Of a stretch of DNA of 64,000 nucleotides, positions 23,380-35,250 are shown one piece after another. The number at the start of each line of letters is the position of its first letter. Within the stretch, counting starts at the first letter, position 1. Below the pieces are notes generated by a model. It searched no databases. It saw only the letters and a list, made by a program, of their open reading frames with translations, and was not told where the DNA came from. Both the position numbers and the translations under genes were made by a program. This stretch comes from Cyanophora paradoxa CCMP329. Lineage: Eukaryota; Plantae; Glaucophyta. The DNA is taken from positions 124,001-188,000 of the forward strand of contig QPMI01000035.1 of NCBI GenBank assembly GCA_004431415.1, in the 5' to 3' direction.

Positions 23380-24747
23380 ATGGATATCACTTCCACTCTT
23401 CAAAGACTTTCGCTGAAAGAAGCCCTAACAACCCCAGAGGAGGCGAAAGCCTTTTTCCTGGATAACTCCCTTATGCTTGGTCTCGAATCCAAGTCTAAGC
23501 CAGTTCTAGTTGTTGTGAATCCCAGCAATACTTTTGAGAATAATGTTGGAAATCGCATTTCCTTCAAGCTACCTCGCTACAATTTCTGTGGAAAACTCGA
23601 ACTTGCTTTCGACCTACTAGAAATCACTTTTGCTGGTGAAGATCTAGTTCGCAATGGATACACTCGCCCAGTTGGTGCTTTAGTTCAGCGACTTGAAATT
23701 ACCTATGGATCTTACACCTACCACATCCCTTCTGATTTCCTTGCTCATTTCCCCCTGGTCTATTATTCGGAGGATCAACTAGCTAAAAAGAAACGCTCAA
23801 TGGGCATGGTTCATGGTATCCCTGCTCATGGAACCAACCGACTTGGTGGCTCATTTTTCGTTGAGATCCCAGTGCCTTGGCTAAATCACTTTCTTCCCCT
23901 TGGTGCTTTATCTGGTGAAATGGTTGTTACTGTTTGGTTTAAGGATGCTGGAAAGGGTTATGTTGAAACTTCCTATGGTGGTCGCTCTCTCCCTGTTGTT
24001 GGTGGGACAGCTGCTGATAAGACAGAAGATGATGGTCTTGGTGATACTGCTAATGCTACACTTGCCCATGTTGGTCAAAACATCACCACTTTCAGTCTTG
24101 GTGCAACAAACCCTGCTATTTCAATTACTTCTCCTCGCCTTTACATGCATGCTATTAATGTTTCTGATGAGCTTTTCGCTACTGTAATTGAAAAAGTAAA
24201 GACAACTGGCATGGCTATTCCCTCCCTTGATATTGGATTTGTAGATGCCATTGCTTTCCCTGCCAAGGGCAATGCCCAGCCCAATCGAATTAACCTCTCT
24301 CAAATCTCAGGTCTTGTCTATGCTCTGCTTGTTTCAGTTCGTGATTATGAGACTGTTGACAAATCCAATGGCTCCCACAGTGTTCTTAAGACCTATGCCA
24401 ACTCCAAAGAGATAACATTCACTGTGGAAATAAATGGTCAGCGTCTCTATGCCACTGAGCCAATTTCCCTACTCAAAGGTGCTGAGCTAATTGCTGATGC
24501 CTTCAAATGCTCTAACATGGATAAGGTTGCAGATAAATATGTCCTTTCAGGACTCCCATTCTGCCTTGATGGAGAAAAGGCAATTCGAAATATTGCTCAA
24601 AGTGGATTTGTTGACCTGACAAATTCCTCATCTTCATTCCTCACACTCTACATGCCCACAGATAAGACAATCAATGTTCAAGTTCGCGCTTTAATGCATA
24701 GTTTCCTCATTATAGACGGTTCAGGTGTTCGTAGAATCAATTTATAG
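23380..24747 (+). CDS. Major capsid protein (double jelly-roll, PLV/NCLDV-like)
   Basis: 455 aa, beta-rich. ISFKLPRY, LVQRLEITYG, FFVEIPVPW...FLPLGAL...VTVWFK and PRLYMHAINVSD resemble DJR MCP motifs. Flanked by penton remnant and ATPase. Confidence 0.8.
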   Translation: MDITSTLQRLSLKEALTTPEEAKAFFLDNSLMLGLESKSKPVLVVVNPSNTFENNVGNRISFKLPRYNFCGKLELAFDLLEITFAGEDLVRNGYTRPVGALVQRLEITYGSYTYHIPSDFLAHFPLVYYSEDQLAKKKRSMGMVHGIPAHGTNRLGGSFFVEIPVPWLNHFLPLGALSGEMVVTVWFKDAGKGYVETSYGGRSLPVVGGTAADKTEDDGLGDTANATLAHVGQNITTFSLGATNPAISITSPRLYMHAINVSDELFATVIEKVKTTGMAIPSLDIGFVDAIAFPAKGNAQPNRINLSQISGLVYALLVSVRDYETVDKSNGSHSVLKTYANSKEITFTVEINGQRLYATEPISLLKGAELIADAFKCSNMDKVADKYVLSGLPFCLDGEKAIRNIAQSGFVDLTNSSSSFLTLYMPTDKTINVQVRALMHSFLIIDGSGVRRINL

Positions 24748-24806
24748 ACCATTTTCAGTCTCCCTGCATTATTTTTATCTGTCTTTATTTAGGAAGATCT
24801 ACAACA

Positions 24807-25601
24807 ATGCCTATACCAAGTTCTGATTTGGATGAATTTGTGGCTGGTGAAATGATAGAACCCCCTTTCAGACTACTCATACTAGGTAAAAGTGGATGCG
24901 GAAAAACTGAAGCTGTAAAATATTATTTGAAACAGCTGCATGATGCCAAAAAGATTGATACAACACTTATTATATCGGCTTCCTCATTTTCACATTTTTG
25001 GGACAAAGCTGCTACTGTTCAACTGGGTGCATGGGATCCCCAATACATGTCGAAAATTATAAAAGAAAGAGAGGCAAAAAGGGAGAAAGGAGAAGAACTT
25101 AACCATATGCTGGTGATTTTAGAGGATATGATAGAAAATGACCAGCTGGATCTCAGTCGAGATAAAACAGTGGGAATGCTTTATATTCGTGGCAGACATG
25201 TCAATATATCAATTATTACTATTTCCCAAAAATTAAGAAAGGTCGCAAGTGTTATTCGCTGCAATAGTGATATAGTAATTATGGTTTGTGCAAGCAATCA
25301 AAAAGAGCTGGAAGCATTTGCAGAGGAGTTTTCGACTTTTCCTCGCAAAGAAGATTTCTATAAACTTTTTGAAGAGTATGTCCACTCATACCAATTCCTT
25401 GTTTATACATCTTTCAAGTATAATGTGGGCTACTATGTCGATAACGCCGATTTAGTAGGTGATTTCGATTTTCCTCGCTTCCACAGGAAGCCCAAAAAGA
25501 AAGAAGATGAACTGAAGCCACCAGAGAAAGAGGAAGCCCCCAAAGAAGTGAAAAGCCAACTTCATACTAATAAATTGATGCGATATAAGCGCGGTTTATA
25601 A
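24807..25601 (+). CDS. A32/FtsK-HerA family DNA packaging ATPase
   Basis: Walker A GKSGCGKT, Walker B LVILEDM, RGRHVNISIITISQ and IRCNSD motifs. Confidence 0.93.
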   Translation: MPIPSSDLDEFVAGEMIEPPFRLLILGKSGCGKTEAVKYYLKQLHDAKKIDTTLIISASSFSHFWDKAATVQLGAWDPQYMSKIIKEREAKREKGEELNHMLVILEDMIENDQLDLSRDKTVGMLYIRGRHVNISIITISQKLRKVASVIRCNSDIVIMVCASNQKELEAFAEEFSTFPRKEDFYKLFEEYVHSYQFLVYTSFKYNVGYYVDNADLVGDFDFPRFHRKPKKKEDELKPPEKEEAPKEVKSQLHTNKLMRYKRGL

Positions 25602-25629
25602 AATTATCTCTCATTCTTATAAAGATACA

Positions 25630-26361
25630 ATGCCTCCCAAACGAAAGATAGGGATTCCAGCTGGGGCTGTTGGCTATTCAGGTGGTGGAAACAATGGATC
25701 TAATTACACTGAACCCATAAAATTCAATGGTATGAACGAAATCAAACCCTCACAACCCCAAGAAGACCCCCTAAATGCTGCCTATGAGGAATCAGTTGAT
25801 GACAAAGCCCCACAAAGTTCAACTGCTGACCGACTCAACATCTCACCAGAAGCCTCAAAAATGAAAGCTGTTGCTGAGGGTGCCAGGCGAATTATTGGTG
25901 CTGCTGATGATAAAGGTCTAGGCTTGCAAGATCTTTCACTGGCTCGCAAAGGTGAAGGTCTTAGTAAGGAATCAGACAAGGTAATCCAGTCTATGGCTGG
26001 TGAAGTCACATACAAGACTGCTCCCACTCAGAATGTTCATCGAATTCCCAAGGCTCAATGGGATGAGATGACTGCTAAACTCAAAGATCTGGAAGCCAAA
26101 TCAAGTGCCTTGGAGCAGTATGTTACTGAGAAGAAAGAGAGAGCCAAGCTAAAGGAGATGCTTCGAAAGGAAGTTTATAAAATGGGTATTACTGGTGTCC
26201 CAGATAAACAGTTTATTGCTAAGAAAGAGAACCAAATCGATGAGCAGGCAGTAGATGAAATGAAAACAAAAACCCAAAAGGGAACCATTGAACCTGGTAC
26301 CAAAGCTGAAGTAGAAAAGGGAGTAGCCCCAGCAGTATATAAAAGACGAGTTTGGCTTTAA
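25630..26361 (+). CDS. Hypothetical viral protein (basic N-terminus, coiled coil)
   Basis: 243-aa ORF, MPPKRK start, co-oriented with the morphogenesis module. Confidence 0.6.
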   Translation: MPPKRKIGIPAGAVGYSGGGNNGSNYTEPIKFNGMNEIKPSQPQEDPLNAAYEESVDDKAPQSSTADRLNISPEASKMKAVAEGARRIIGAADDKGLGLQDLSLARKGEGLSKESDKVIQSMAGEVTYKTAPTQNVHRIPKAQWDEMTAKLKDLEAKSSALEQYVTEKKERAKLKEMLRKEVYKMGITGVPDKQFIAKKENQIDEQAVDEMKTKTQKGTIEPGTKAEVEKGVAPAVYKRRVWL

Positions 26362-26383
26362 TTATCTCTGTTTTATTAGAGAT

Positions 26384-26686
26384 ATGGACATAATACGAAA
26401 GTTCTTCGAGATGTTCAGTTTGCATGTGGTGAGCAATTGCCACAGTGGATGTTGTGAGACAACAGTGGAGTTTGAGATGTCAGATAATGAGGATAATGCC
26501 TCAGAAGCAAGAGAGAGAAGGAGGTCTACAGTTTTTGTGGAGTCAATGCCAGCAGACCCCACAGAGTATACATATGAGCAACAGGAGCAACAGGAGTATC
26601 CAAGGAGAAGTTCTCTGCCAGCAGAAAACGTTTTCTCTGGGAATATAAATGGAGGATACTATCAGTTTAATCGAGTTTACCAGTGA
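26384..26686 (+). CDS. Small viral protein, paralogue of 8587-8913
   Basis: Shared amphipathic N-terminus and CCETT motif. Confidence 0.7.
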   Translation: MDIIRKFFEMFSLHVVSNCHSGCCETTVEFEMSDNEDNASEARERRRSTVFVESMPADPTEYTYEQQEQQEYPRRSSLPAENVFSGNINGGYYQFNRVYQ

Positions 26687-26894
26687 TGAATCTGTTACTG
26701 AGGGTTCTATAAGACACATTCTAGCAATGCAGAAACGATATAGAGAGGACCCAGCATATAGAGAGTATAAGAAGCAACAAGCCCTGGCATCCTATTATCG
26801 CAGAAAAGCCCAAAAAGAGGAGCAGAGACCCAGAGGAAGACCGATTAAATATTATTTGCCAACTGATAGTAGCAATGGACCCCCAGGTCTATAA
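26649..26894 (+). CDS. Small basic protein with AT-hook
   Basis: RPRGRP motif after a basic helix. Confidence 0.55.
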   Translation: MEDTISLIEFTSDESVTEGSIRHILAMQKRYREDPAYREYKKQQALASYYRRKAQKEEQRPRGRPIKYYLPTDSSNGPPGL

Positions 26895-27266
26895 GAAAAT
26901 TGAGAAAAAGCGGTCTCAGTATGCTACTGAGGCAGCTATAAAAATATATACAAAGGAATTGGCTTTATACTTGCAATCAAGCAGATAACTTTTGTAAATA
27001 TGCTTTTGTTGTTTTTTGTTTGCATTCTCAGACACTGAAACATTTATGTGAATGTAAACTGATCTATTTCTCTTTGGTTTAGCTGCATACATATTGTAAC
27101 CTATCAATCTCTGTGACATTTCGATATATGCTCCAATATCTCCATGCTTTATGCATTTATCTAACTCAATCATGGTCATTTCTTCAAGAGCCTTTGCCAT
27201 TTTGTCTTCACTATACACAATCAAGTAAGCTTTAAGTATTCTTGTCAAATTTTGGTCTTTTTCGAT

Positions 27267-27359
27267 AGGTGTCACAGGTGTTCACAGGTTTTTATCGTCC
27301 CCTGGTCATTTTTCTTTTTAAAGCCCCCCGATGGACCTGTGACACCTGTGAACAACACC
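27267..27359. promoter_or_regulatory. Inverted GTGTCACAG iteron cluster 1 (putative replication origin)
   Basis: aggtgtcacaggtgttcacagg ... acctgtgacacctgtgaac around a T-rich spacer, just downstream of the helicase stop. Confidence 0.55.
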
Positions 27360-27414
27360 ATTTCCAGTAAGGCTATAAAAAATACATATACATTTCAATC
27401 ATAAATCGTTTTGT

Positions 27415-30400
27415 TTAATATTCAACATCCTCTCCATTGTCTTCTTGAACCCTTGTTATCTTTCGAAGTCCAATGTAGCCCCTTGCTCTTGTTCCCTGAA
27501 TTCGTTTAACCTCTGATTTCACATTGAAGATTTCCCTTACTCTCTTCATCACAGAAACACATTCAACTTTATCATCGACACTTCTGTATGATTTGTAAAT
27601 GGTATCACTCGAAACAAAGTCGTTTGCATTATGGGTGACTTCGAAATACTCCCTAAGCCATTCACCAATCTTGTCATTTTCAGCTGTAAAGTTTATTCCC
27701 TGTTCAATAATCGATTGAGGGGGATTTCTTAAGATCTCTTCAACCTCTTTGTTCTTCCACATATCCAGTAATATCTTCATGTGAGCCATCTTATACTCAT
27801 TATCATTGTGAAGAAGTGTGAACAGTGTTGGGTCAGCTTTCTTCTGACCAGCTTCAGGCTTCTCTCTGAATATATTATTGAATCTCTGGTATGAAAGCCT
27901 TCTTTGAATTGCAAAGTCTCGTTTATTTATAGTCAAATTGTCATTAGTTGTAATGTAAACCTGGAACATTGGAGTGAGGATTACTGGGTCTTTGAACACG
28001 GCTCTCACAGTCATTTCATTTCCACCTGTGGCCTCCTTAATTTTGGAAATTTGCAGTTTATCACCATCTTCAGCCTCATTACTGCAAGTCGCTTTCCAAG
28101 GAGTTTGGCAAGTTCAGGAGTAGCATCTGATGAGTTCTTTTTAGGTTTGGTCCAATAGGATATTTCGAGAGGGCTATAATAAGCCCCTGAAATCTGTTTG
28201 CAGTATTCCTGAACAAGTGATTTACCATTTGCACCAGCACCAGTCCACATGTAGAACTTCTGTGATTTTGTTGATCCACTGAGGGCAATGGCAATAGATG
28301 CCAGAAGGTAGTTTCGCTCTGCTGGATCATCTACAATCTCTCTATAAATCTGATTGAGATGGTCTACTTTCTTGTGGTCTACATTCTCAGTATAATCATA
28401 ACTCACACTCTTGCTCACCATATCTTCCAGTTTCCCCTTTCTGAAAGTCATAGTTGTCAGATCAAATACACCATTATCGAATCCAATTACATATGGAACT
28501 GTATCAATCTTTTCATAGAATTCATCATCATTCAGCAGAGGGAGCAGATCAGTCAGAAGGGATTTGCGATATCCTGATTGTTTAAGATTTTTGGCAATAG
28601 AAATTAATGTTTTCGATTTCTCTTCGAAAGCTGTTCTATTCTCTTCATCCTTCAAAGCTCTTTGGCTATAATGCACAGCCCTGCCAAGGTATTGAGGGAC
28701 AACAAGGCAACTTATGTCTAGGTAAATCTTTTGGTTTGTGTCATCATGCTCCCAAATCCCAGTATCAGTATTGAGTTTGAACCATGACTTTTTGGAGTAT
28801 CTCCAAGTATGTTGTAGTACTGTTGTAGTACCTCTTTGCACACAAGACTGACATCATAATGAGCGCCTCCAGAACCAGCGGACTTATCAATGAGATTGAA
28901 GATATCAGATTGCATTCCAATGAAGATAAATCGTTTTTTGCAATTGCCACTGTAGCTGGACACAATATACTTTTTATCTTCTCCTTTGGCTTTCATAACA
29001 TACCAGTTATTCGATTCATGGGACCCATTGCAGCATGGGCAATTAAGTCCCTTATTAGCAGCATCAAAGTTAAAGCCCAGTTCAGTTTGAGAGATTATAT
29101 TGGGATGCATAAAGCCCATATCCACCAGCTCTTTAAGAATACTCTTTTCCAATGCATCATGTGAGGTAGCATTAGCAGGATACTCACTCTTATAGATATA
29201 GTTCTCTACAATCCACTTTTTAAACTCATCAGTAGGCTCATTGAAATCACAGGTAAGTCGCTTTCCAAGGAGTTTGGCAAGTTCAGGAGTAGCATCTGAT
29301 GAGTTCTTTTTAGGTTTGGTCCAATAGGATATTTCGAGAGGGCTATAATAAGCCCCTGAAATCTGTTTGCAGTATTCCTGAACAAGTGATTTACCATTTG
29401 CACCAGCACCAGTCCACATGTAGAACTTCTGTGATTTTGTTGATCCAGTGAGGGCAATGGCAATAGATGCCAGAAGGTAGTTTCGCTCTGCTGGATCATC
29501 TACAATCTCTCTATAAATCTGATTGAGATGGTCTACTTTCTTGTGGTCTACATTCTCAGTATAATCATAACTCACACTCTTGCTCACCATATCTTCCAGT
29601 TTCCCCTTTCTGAAAGTCATAGTTGTCAGATCAAATACACCATTATCGAATCCAATTACATATGGAACTGTATCAATCTTTTCATAGAATTCATCATCAT
29701 TCAGCAGAGGGAGCAGATCAGTCAGAAGGGATTTGCGATATCCTGATTGTTTAAGATTTTTGGCAATAGAAATTAATGTTTTCGATTTCTCTTCGAAAGC
29801 TGTTCTATTCTCTTCATCCTTCAAAGCTCTTTGGCTATAATGCACAGCCCTGCCAAGGTATTGAGGGACAACAAGGCAACTTATGTCTAGGTAAATCTTT
29901 TGGTTTGTGTCATCATGCTCCCAAATCCCAGTATCAGTTTTGAGTTTGAACCATGACTTTTTGGAGTATCTCCAAGTATGTTGTAGTACTGTTGTAGTAC
30001 CTCTTTGCACACAAGACTGACATCATAATGAGCGCCTCCAGAACCAGCGGACTTATCAATGAGATTGAAGATATCAGATCGCATTCCAATGAAGATAAAT
30101 CGTTTTTTGCAATTGCCACTGTAGCTGGACACAATATACTTTTTATCTTCTCCTTTGGCTTTCATAACATACCAGTTATTCGATTCATGGGACCCATTGC
30201 AGCATGGGCAATTAAGTCCCTTATTAGCAGCATCAAAGTTAAAGCCCAGTTCAGTTTGAGAGATTATATTGGGATGCATAAAGCCCATATCCACCAGCTC
30301 TTTAAGAATACTCTTTTCCAATGCATCATGTGAGGTAGCATTAGCAGTATACTCACTCTTATAGATATAGTTCTCTACAATCCACTTTTTAAACTCATCA

Positions 30401-33400
30401 GTAGGCTCATTGAAATCACAGGTAAGTCGCTTTCCAAGGAGTTTGGCAAGTTCAGGAGTAGCATCTGATGAGTTCTTTTTAGGTTTGGTCCAATAGGATA
30501 TTTCGAGAGGGCTATAATAAGCCCCTGAAATCTGTTTGCAGTATTCCTGAACAAGTGATTTACCATTTGCACCAGCACCAGTCCACATGTAGAACTTCTG
30601 TGATTTTGTTGATCCACTGAGGGCAATGGCAATAGATGCCAGAAGGTAGTTTCGCTCTGCTGGATCATCTACAATCTCTCTATAAATCTGATTGAGATGG
30701 TCTACTTTCTTGTGGTCTACATTCTCAGTATAATCATAACCCACACTCTTGCTCACCATATCTTCCAGTTTCCCCTTTCTGAAAGTCATAGTTGTCAGAT
30801 CAAATACACCATTATCGAATCCAATTACATATGGAACTGTATCAATCTTTTCATAGAATTCATCATCATTCAGCAGAGGGAGCAGATCAGTCAGAAGGGA
30901 TTTGCGATATCCTGATTGTTTAAGATTTTTGGCAATAGAAATTAATGTTTTCGATTTCTCTTCGAAAGCTGTTCTATTCTCTTCATCCTTCAAAGCTCTT
31001 TGGCTATAATGCACAGCCCTGCCAAGGTATTGAGGGACAACAAGGCAACTTATGTCTAGGTAAATCTTTTGGTTTGTGTCATCATGCTCCCAAATCCCAG
31101 TATCAGTATTGAGTTTGAACCATGACTTTTTGGAGTATCTCCAAGTATGTTGTAGTACTGTTGTAGTACCTCTTTGCACACAAGACTGACATCATAATGA
31201 GCGCCTCCAGAACCAGCGGACTAATCAATGAGATTGAAGATATCAGATTGCATTCCAATGAAGATAAATCGTTTTTTGCAATTGCCACTGTAGCTGGACA
31301 CAATATACTTTTTATCTTCTCCTTTGGCTTTCATAACATACCAGTTATTCGATTCATGGGACCCATTGCAGCATGGGCAATTAAGTCCCTTATTAGCAGC
31401 ATCAAAGTTAAAGCCCAGTTCAGTTTGAGAGATTATATTGGGATGCATAAAGCCCATATCCACCAGCTCTTTAAGAATACTCTTTTCCAATGCATCATGT
31501 GAGGTAGCATTAGCAGTATACTCACTCTTATAGATATAGTTCTCTACAATCCACTTTTTAAACTCATCAGTAGGCTCATTGAAATCACAGGTAAGTCGCT
31601 TTCCAAGGAGTTTGGCAAGTTCAGGAGTAGCATCTGATGAGTTCTTTTTAGGTTTGGTCCAATAGGATATTTCGAGAGGGCTATAATAAGCCCCTGAAAT
31701 CTGTTTGCAGTATTCCTGAACAAGTGATTTACCATTTGCACCAGCACCAGTCCACATGTAGAACTTCTGTGATTTTGTTGATCCACTGAGGGCAATGGCA
31801 ATAGATGCCAGAAGGTAGTTTCGCTCTGCTGGATCATCTACAATCTCTCTATAAATCTGATTGAGATGGTCTACTTTCTTGTGGTCTACATTCTCAGTAT
31901 AATCATAACCCACACTCTTGCTCACCATATCTTCCAGTTTCCCCTTTCTGAAAGTCATAGTTGTCAGATCAAATACACCATTATCGAATCCAATTACATA
32001 TGGAACTGTATCAATCTTTTCATAGAATTCATCATCATTCAGCAGAGGGAGCAGATCAGTCAGAAGGGATTTGCGATATCCTGATTGTTTAAGATTTTTG
32101 GCAATAGAAATTAATGTTTTCGATTTCTCTTCGAAAGCTGTTCTATTCTCTTCATCCTTCAAAGCTCTTTGGCTATAATGCACAGCCCTGCCAAGGTATT
32201 GAGGGACAACAAGGCAACTTATGTCTAGGTAAATCTTTTGGTTTGTGTCATCATGCTCCCAAATCCCAGTATCAGTATTGAGTTTGAACCATGACTTTTT
32301 GGAGTATCTCCAAGTATGTTGTAGTACTGTTGTAGTACCTCTTTGCACACAAGACTGACATCATAATGAGCGCCTCCAGAACCAGCGGACTAATCAATGA
32401 GATTGAAGATATCAGATTGCATTCCAATGAAGATAAATCGTTTTTTGCAATTGCCACTGTAGCTGGACACAATATACTTTTATCTTCTCCTTTGGCTTTC
32501 ATAACATACCAGTTATTCGATTCATGGGACCCATTGCAGCATGGGCAATTAAGTCCCTTATTAGCAGCATCAAAGTTAAAGCCCAGTTCAGTTTGAGAGA
32601 TTATATTGGGATGCATAAAGCCCATATCCACCAGCTCTTTAAGAATACTCTTTTCCAATGCATCATGTGAGGTAGCATTAGCAGTATACTCACTCTTATA
32701 GATATAGTTCTCTACAATCCACTTTTTAAACTCATCAGTAGGCTCATTGAAATCACAGGTAAGTCGCTTTCCAAGGAGTTTGGCAAGTTCAGGAGTAGCA
32801 TCTGATGAGTTCTTTTTAGGTTTGGTCCAATAGGATATTTCGAGAGGGCTATAATAAGCCCCTGAAATCTGTTTGCAGTATTCCTGAACAAGTGATTTAC
32901 CATTTGCACCAGCACCAGTCCACATGTAGAACTTCTGTGATTTTGTTGATCCACTGAGGGCAATGGCAATAGATGCCAGAAGGTAGTTTCGCTCTGCTGG
33001 ATCATCTACAATCTCTCTATAAATCTGATTGAGATGGTCTACTTTCTTGTGGTCTACATTCTCAGTATAATCATAACCCACACTCTTGCTCACCATATCT
33101 TCCAGTTTCCCCTTTCTGAAAGTCATAGTTGTCAGATCAAATACACCATTATCGAATCCAATTACATATGGAACTGTATCAATCTTTTCATAGAATTCAT
33201 CATCATTCAGCAGAGGAGCAGATCAGTCAGAAGGGATTTGCGATATCCTGATTGTTTAAGATTTTTGGCAATAGAAATTAATGTTTTCGATTTCTCTTCG
33301 AAAGCTGTTCTATTCTCTTCATCCTTCAAAGCTCTTTGGCTATAATGCACAGCCCTGCCAAGGTATTGAGGGACAACAAGGCAACTTATGTCTAGGTAAA

Positions 33401-34355
33401 TCTTTTGGTTTGTGTCATCATGCTCCCAAATCCCAGTATCAGTATTGAGTTTGAACCATGACTTTTTGGAGTATCTCCAAGTATGTTGTAGTACTGTTGT
33501 AGTACCTCTTTGCACACAAGACTGACATCATAATGAGCGCCTCCAGAACCAGCGGACTTATCAATGAGATTGAAGATATCAGATTGCATTCCAATGAAGA
33601 TAAATCGTTTTTTGCAATTGCCACTGTAGCTGGACACAATATACTTTTTATCTTCTCCTTTGGCTTTCATAACATACCAGTTATTCGATTCATGGGACCC
33701 ATTGCAGCATGGGCAATTAAGTCCCTTATTAGCAGCATCAAAGTTAAAGCCCAGTTCAGTTTGAGAGATTATATTGGGATGCATAAAGCCCATATCCACC
33801 AGCTCTTTAAGAATACTCTTTTCCAATGCATCATGTGAGGTAGCATTAGCAGGATACTCACTCTTATAGATATAGTTCTCTACAATCCACTTTTTAAACT
33901 CATCAGTAGGCTCATTGAAATCACAGGTAAGTCGCTTTCCAAGGAGTTTGGCAAGTTCAGGAGTAGCATCTGATGAGTTCTTTTTAGGTTTGGTCCAATA
34001 GGATATTTCGAGAGGGCTATAATAAGCCCCTGAAATCTGTTTGCAGTATTCCTGAACAAGTGATTTACCATTTGCACCAGCACCAGTCCACATGTAGAAC
34101 TTCTGTGATTTTGTTGATCCACTGAGGGCAATGGCAATAGATGCCAGAAGGTAGTTTCGCTCTGCTGGATCATCTAGTTGCCAGCGCTTCCTCATACTTT
34201 TCCCAGGACCAAGCACCTCCCTTATGCTTGAAAACAGGGTCTTTGCTGTCAGGTTTCACTGGGATAATCATGTTTTTGGCAAGTTCCTCATCAGATCTGA
34301 GCCAGTTAGCGAGCGAGTTGAGCGATTTAGTCTGTTTGGCGTTCATTTCAGCCAT
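27415..34355 (-). pseudogene. Primase(-polymerase)/D5-like SF3 helicase, frameshifted, partially deleted and internally amplified
   Basis: N-terminal remnant IIPVKPDSKDPVFKHKGGAW (34355-34177); CPCC...H Zn-like region; IGFDNGVFDL (D5-N); Walker A WTGAGANGKS; ATPELAKLLGKRL; C-terminal TTND...DFAIQRRL and winged-helix-like end (27415-28014). Confidence 0.88.
28086..34176. repeat. Tandem array of 1169-bp helicase-gene segment, 5.2 copies
   Basis: aagtcgctttcc at 28086, 29255, 30424, 31593, 32761, 33929. Confidence 0.97.
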
Positions 34356-34510
34356 TGGGGGTCCCTTTTATATATATTCAGCGATTGGGGGTCCCTTTAT
34401 GAAATTTATCCACATGATATATCGAGTGGTTTAGATACAAAAAGGATGAATTGGTATTTTAGCGAATAAACAGCATATCCCCAGCCTAGTAATATGCTGG
34501 GAAAAATAAT

Positions 34511-34765
34511 TTAGACATGTTTCGATTTTCTCCCTCTGTTTGAGTAAGGGACATCATACAAATACTTGACAAAGCAGACTGCATTGGCTACATACTTTCG
34601 CTGACATGAACTTGCAATTTTCATTGCTCTATAGGTATCATCTGTTTGATATAGATCTCTAAGCTGTGTGGCTATTTTTTCGTTAAACTTTTTGATTTGA
34701 GCCTTACCTTTTTCAGTTTGCTGGTTCCTCTTCAGAGCTCTCTTCTGGGCTTCACTGAGTGGCAT
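34511..34765 (-). CDS. Small basic hypothetical protein
   Basis: MPLSEAQKRALKR...RGRKSK, 84 aa. Confidence 0.55.
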   Translation of the reverse strand: MPLSEAQKRALKRNQQTEKGKAQIKKFNEKIATQLRDLYQTDDTYRAMKIASSCQRKYVANAVCFVKYLYDVPYSNRGRKSKHV

Positions 34766-34821
34766 TGTTCCTCTGTCTCTCTTAATATATATAGAGAATT
34801 CTTTAAATCATTTTTTGTTGC

Positions 34822-35139
34822 TCAGCCAAATGTAATTGTTTCAACATCACATGCATTGTAGTCCAGAATGTTGAACAAGGTGAACTCTGGATACTGTAAT
34901 GTGTTTCTACAGAATGGGCATTTTGTATTCCCGACTATTTCCTCTTGCTGTTTCATACACCCTATACAGATTGTCTTGAAGCACTGATCACACACAAACT
35001 GATCATAGCTAGTCTCATCACATTTACATAAACTGCATAGAATTCGTTTATATTCTGAGTTTTCACAGGTTTCGTTTCTTTCTTTAATGCTTCTCATGAT
35101 GGCTGGAACACTAAGCGTTCTTTGACCGTCCGGATTCAT
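34822..35139 (-). CDS. RING-finger protein
   Basis: CSLC...CDQCFKTICIGC...KCPFCR. Start codon uncertain. Confidence 0.7.
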   Translation of the reverse strand: MNPDGQRTLSVPAIMRSIKERNETCENSEYKRILCSLCKCDETSYDQFVCDQCFKTICIGCMKQQEEIVGNTKCPFCRNTLQYPEFTLFNILDYNACDVETITFG

Positions 35140-35250
35140 TCTTGCTATTTGGCTTCTATATATATACAATATAAAAATTCCTTAAGTATTTTTGCGTTCG
35201 GAATATCCTTATTTAAAACCTCCCCTTTTAGTAGGAACAAGTTAGGAACT

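Noticed and set aside
26916-27275. 119-aa minus-strand ORF as a confident gene
   Set aside because: Its non-ATG start lies within the iteron cluster and it has no recognisable motif; a shorter ORF may be real but is unsupported.
28011-34216. Five or six functional helicase genes, as the ORF track suggests
   Set aside because: They are permuted internal fragments produced by the 1169-bp repeat and the 11-bp frameshift, and lack the primase and C-terminal helicase motifs.
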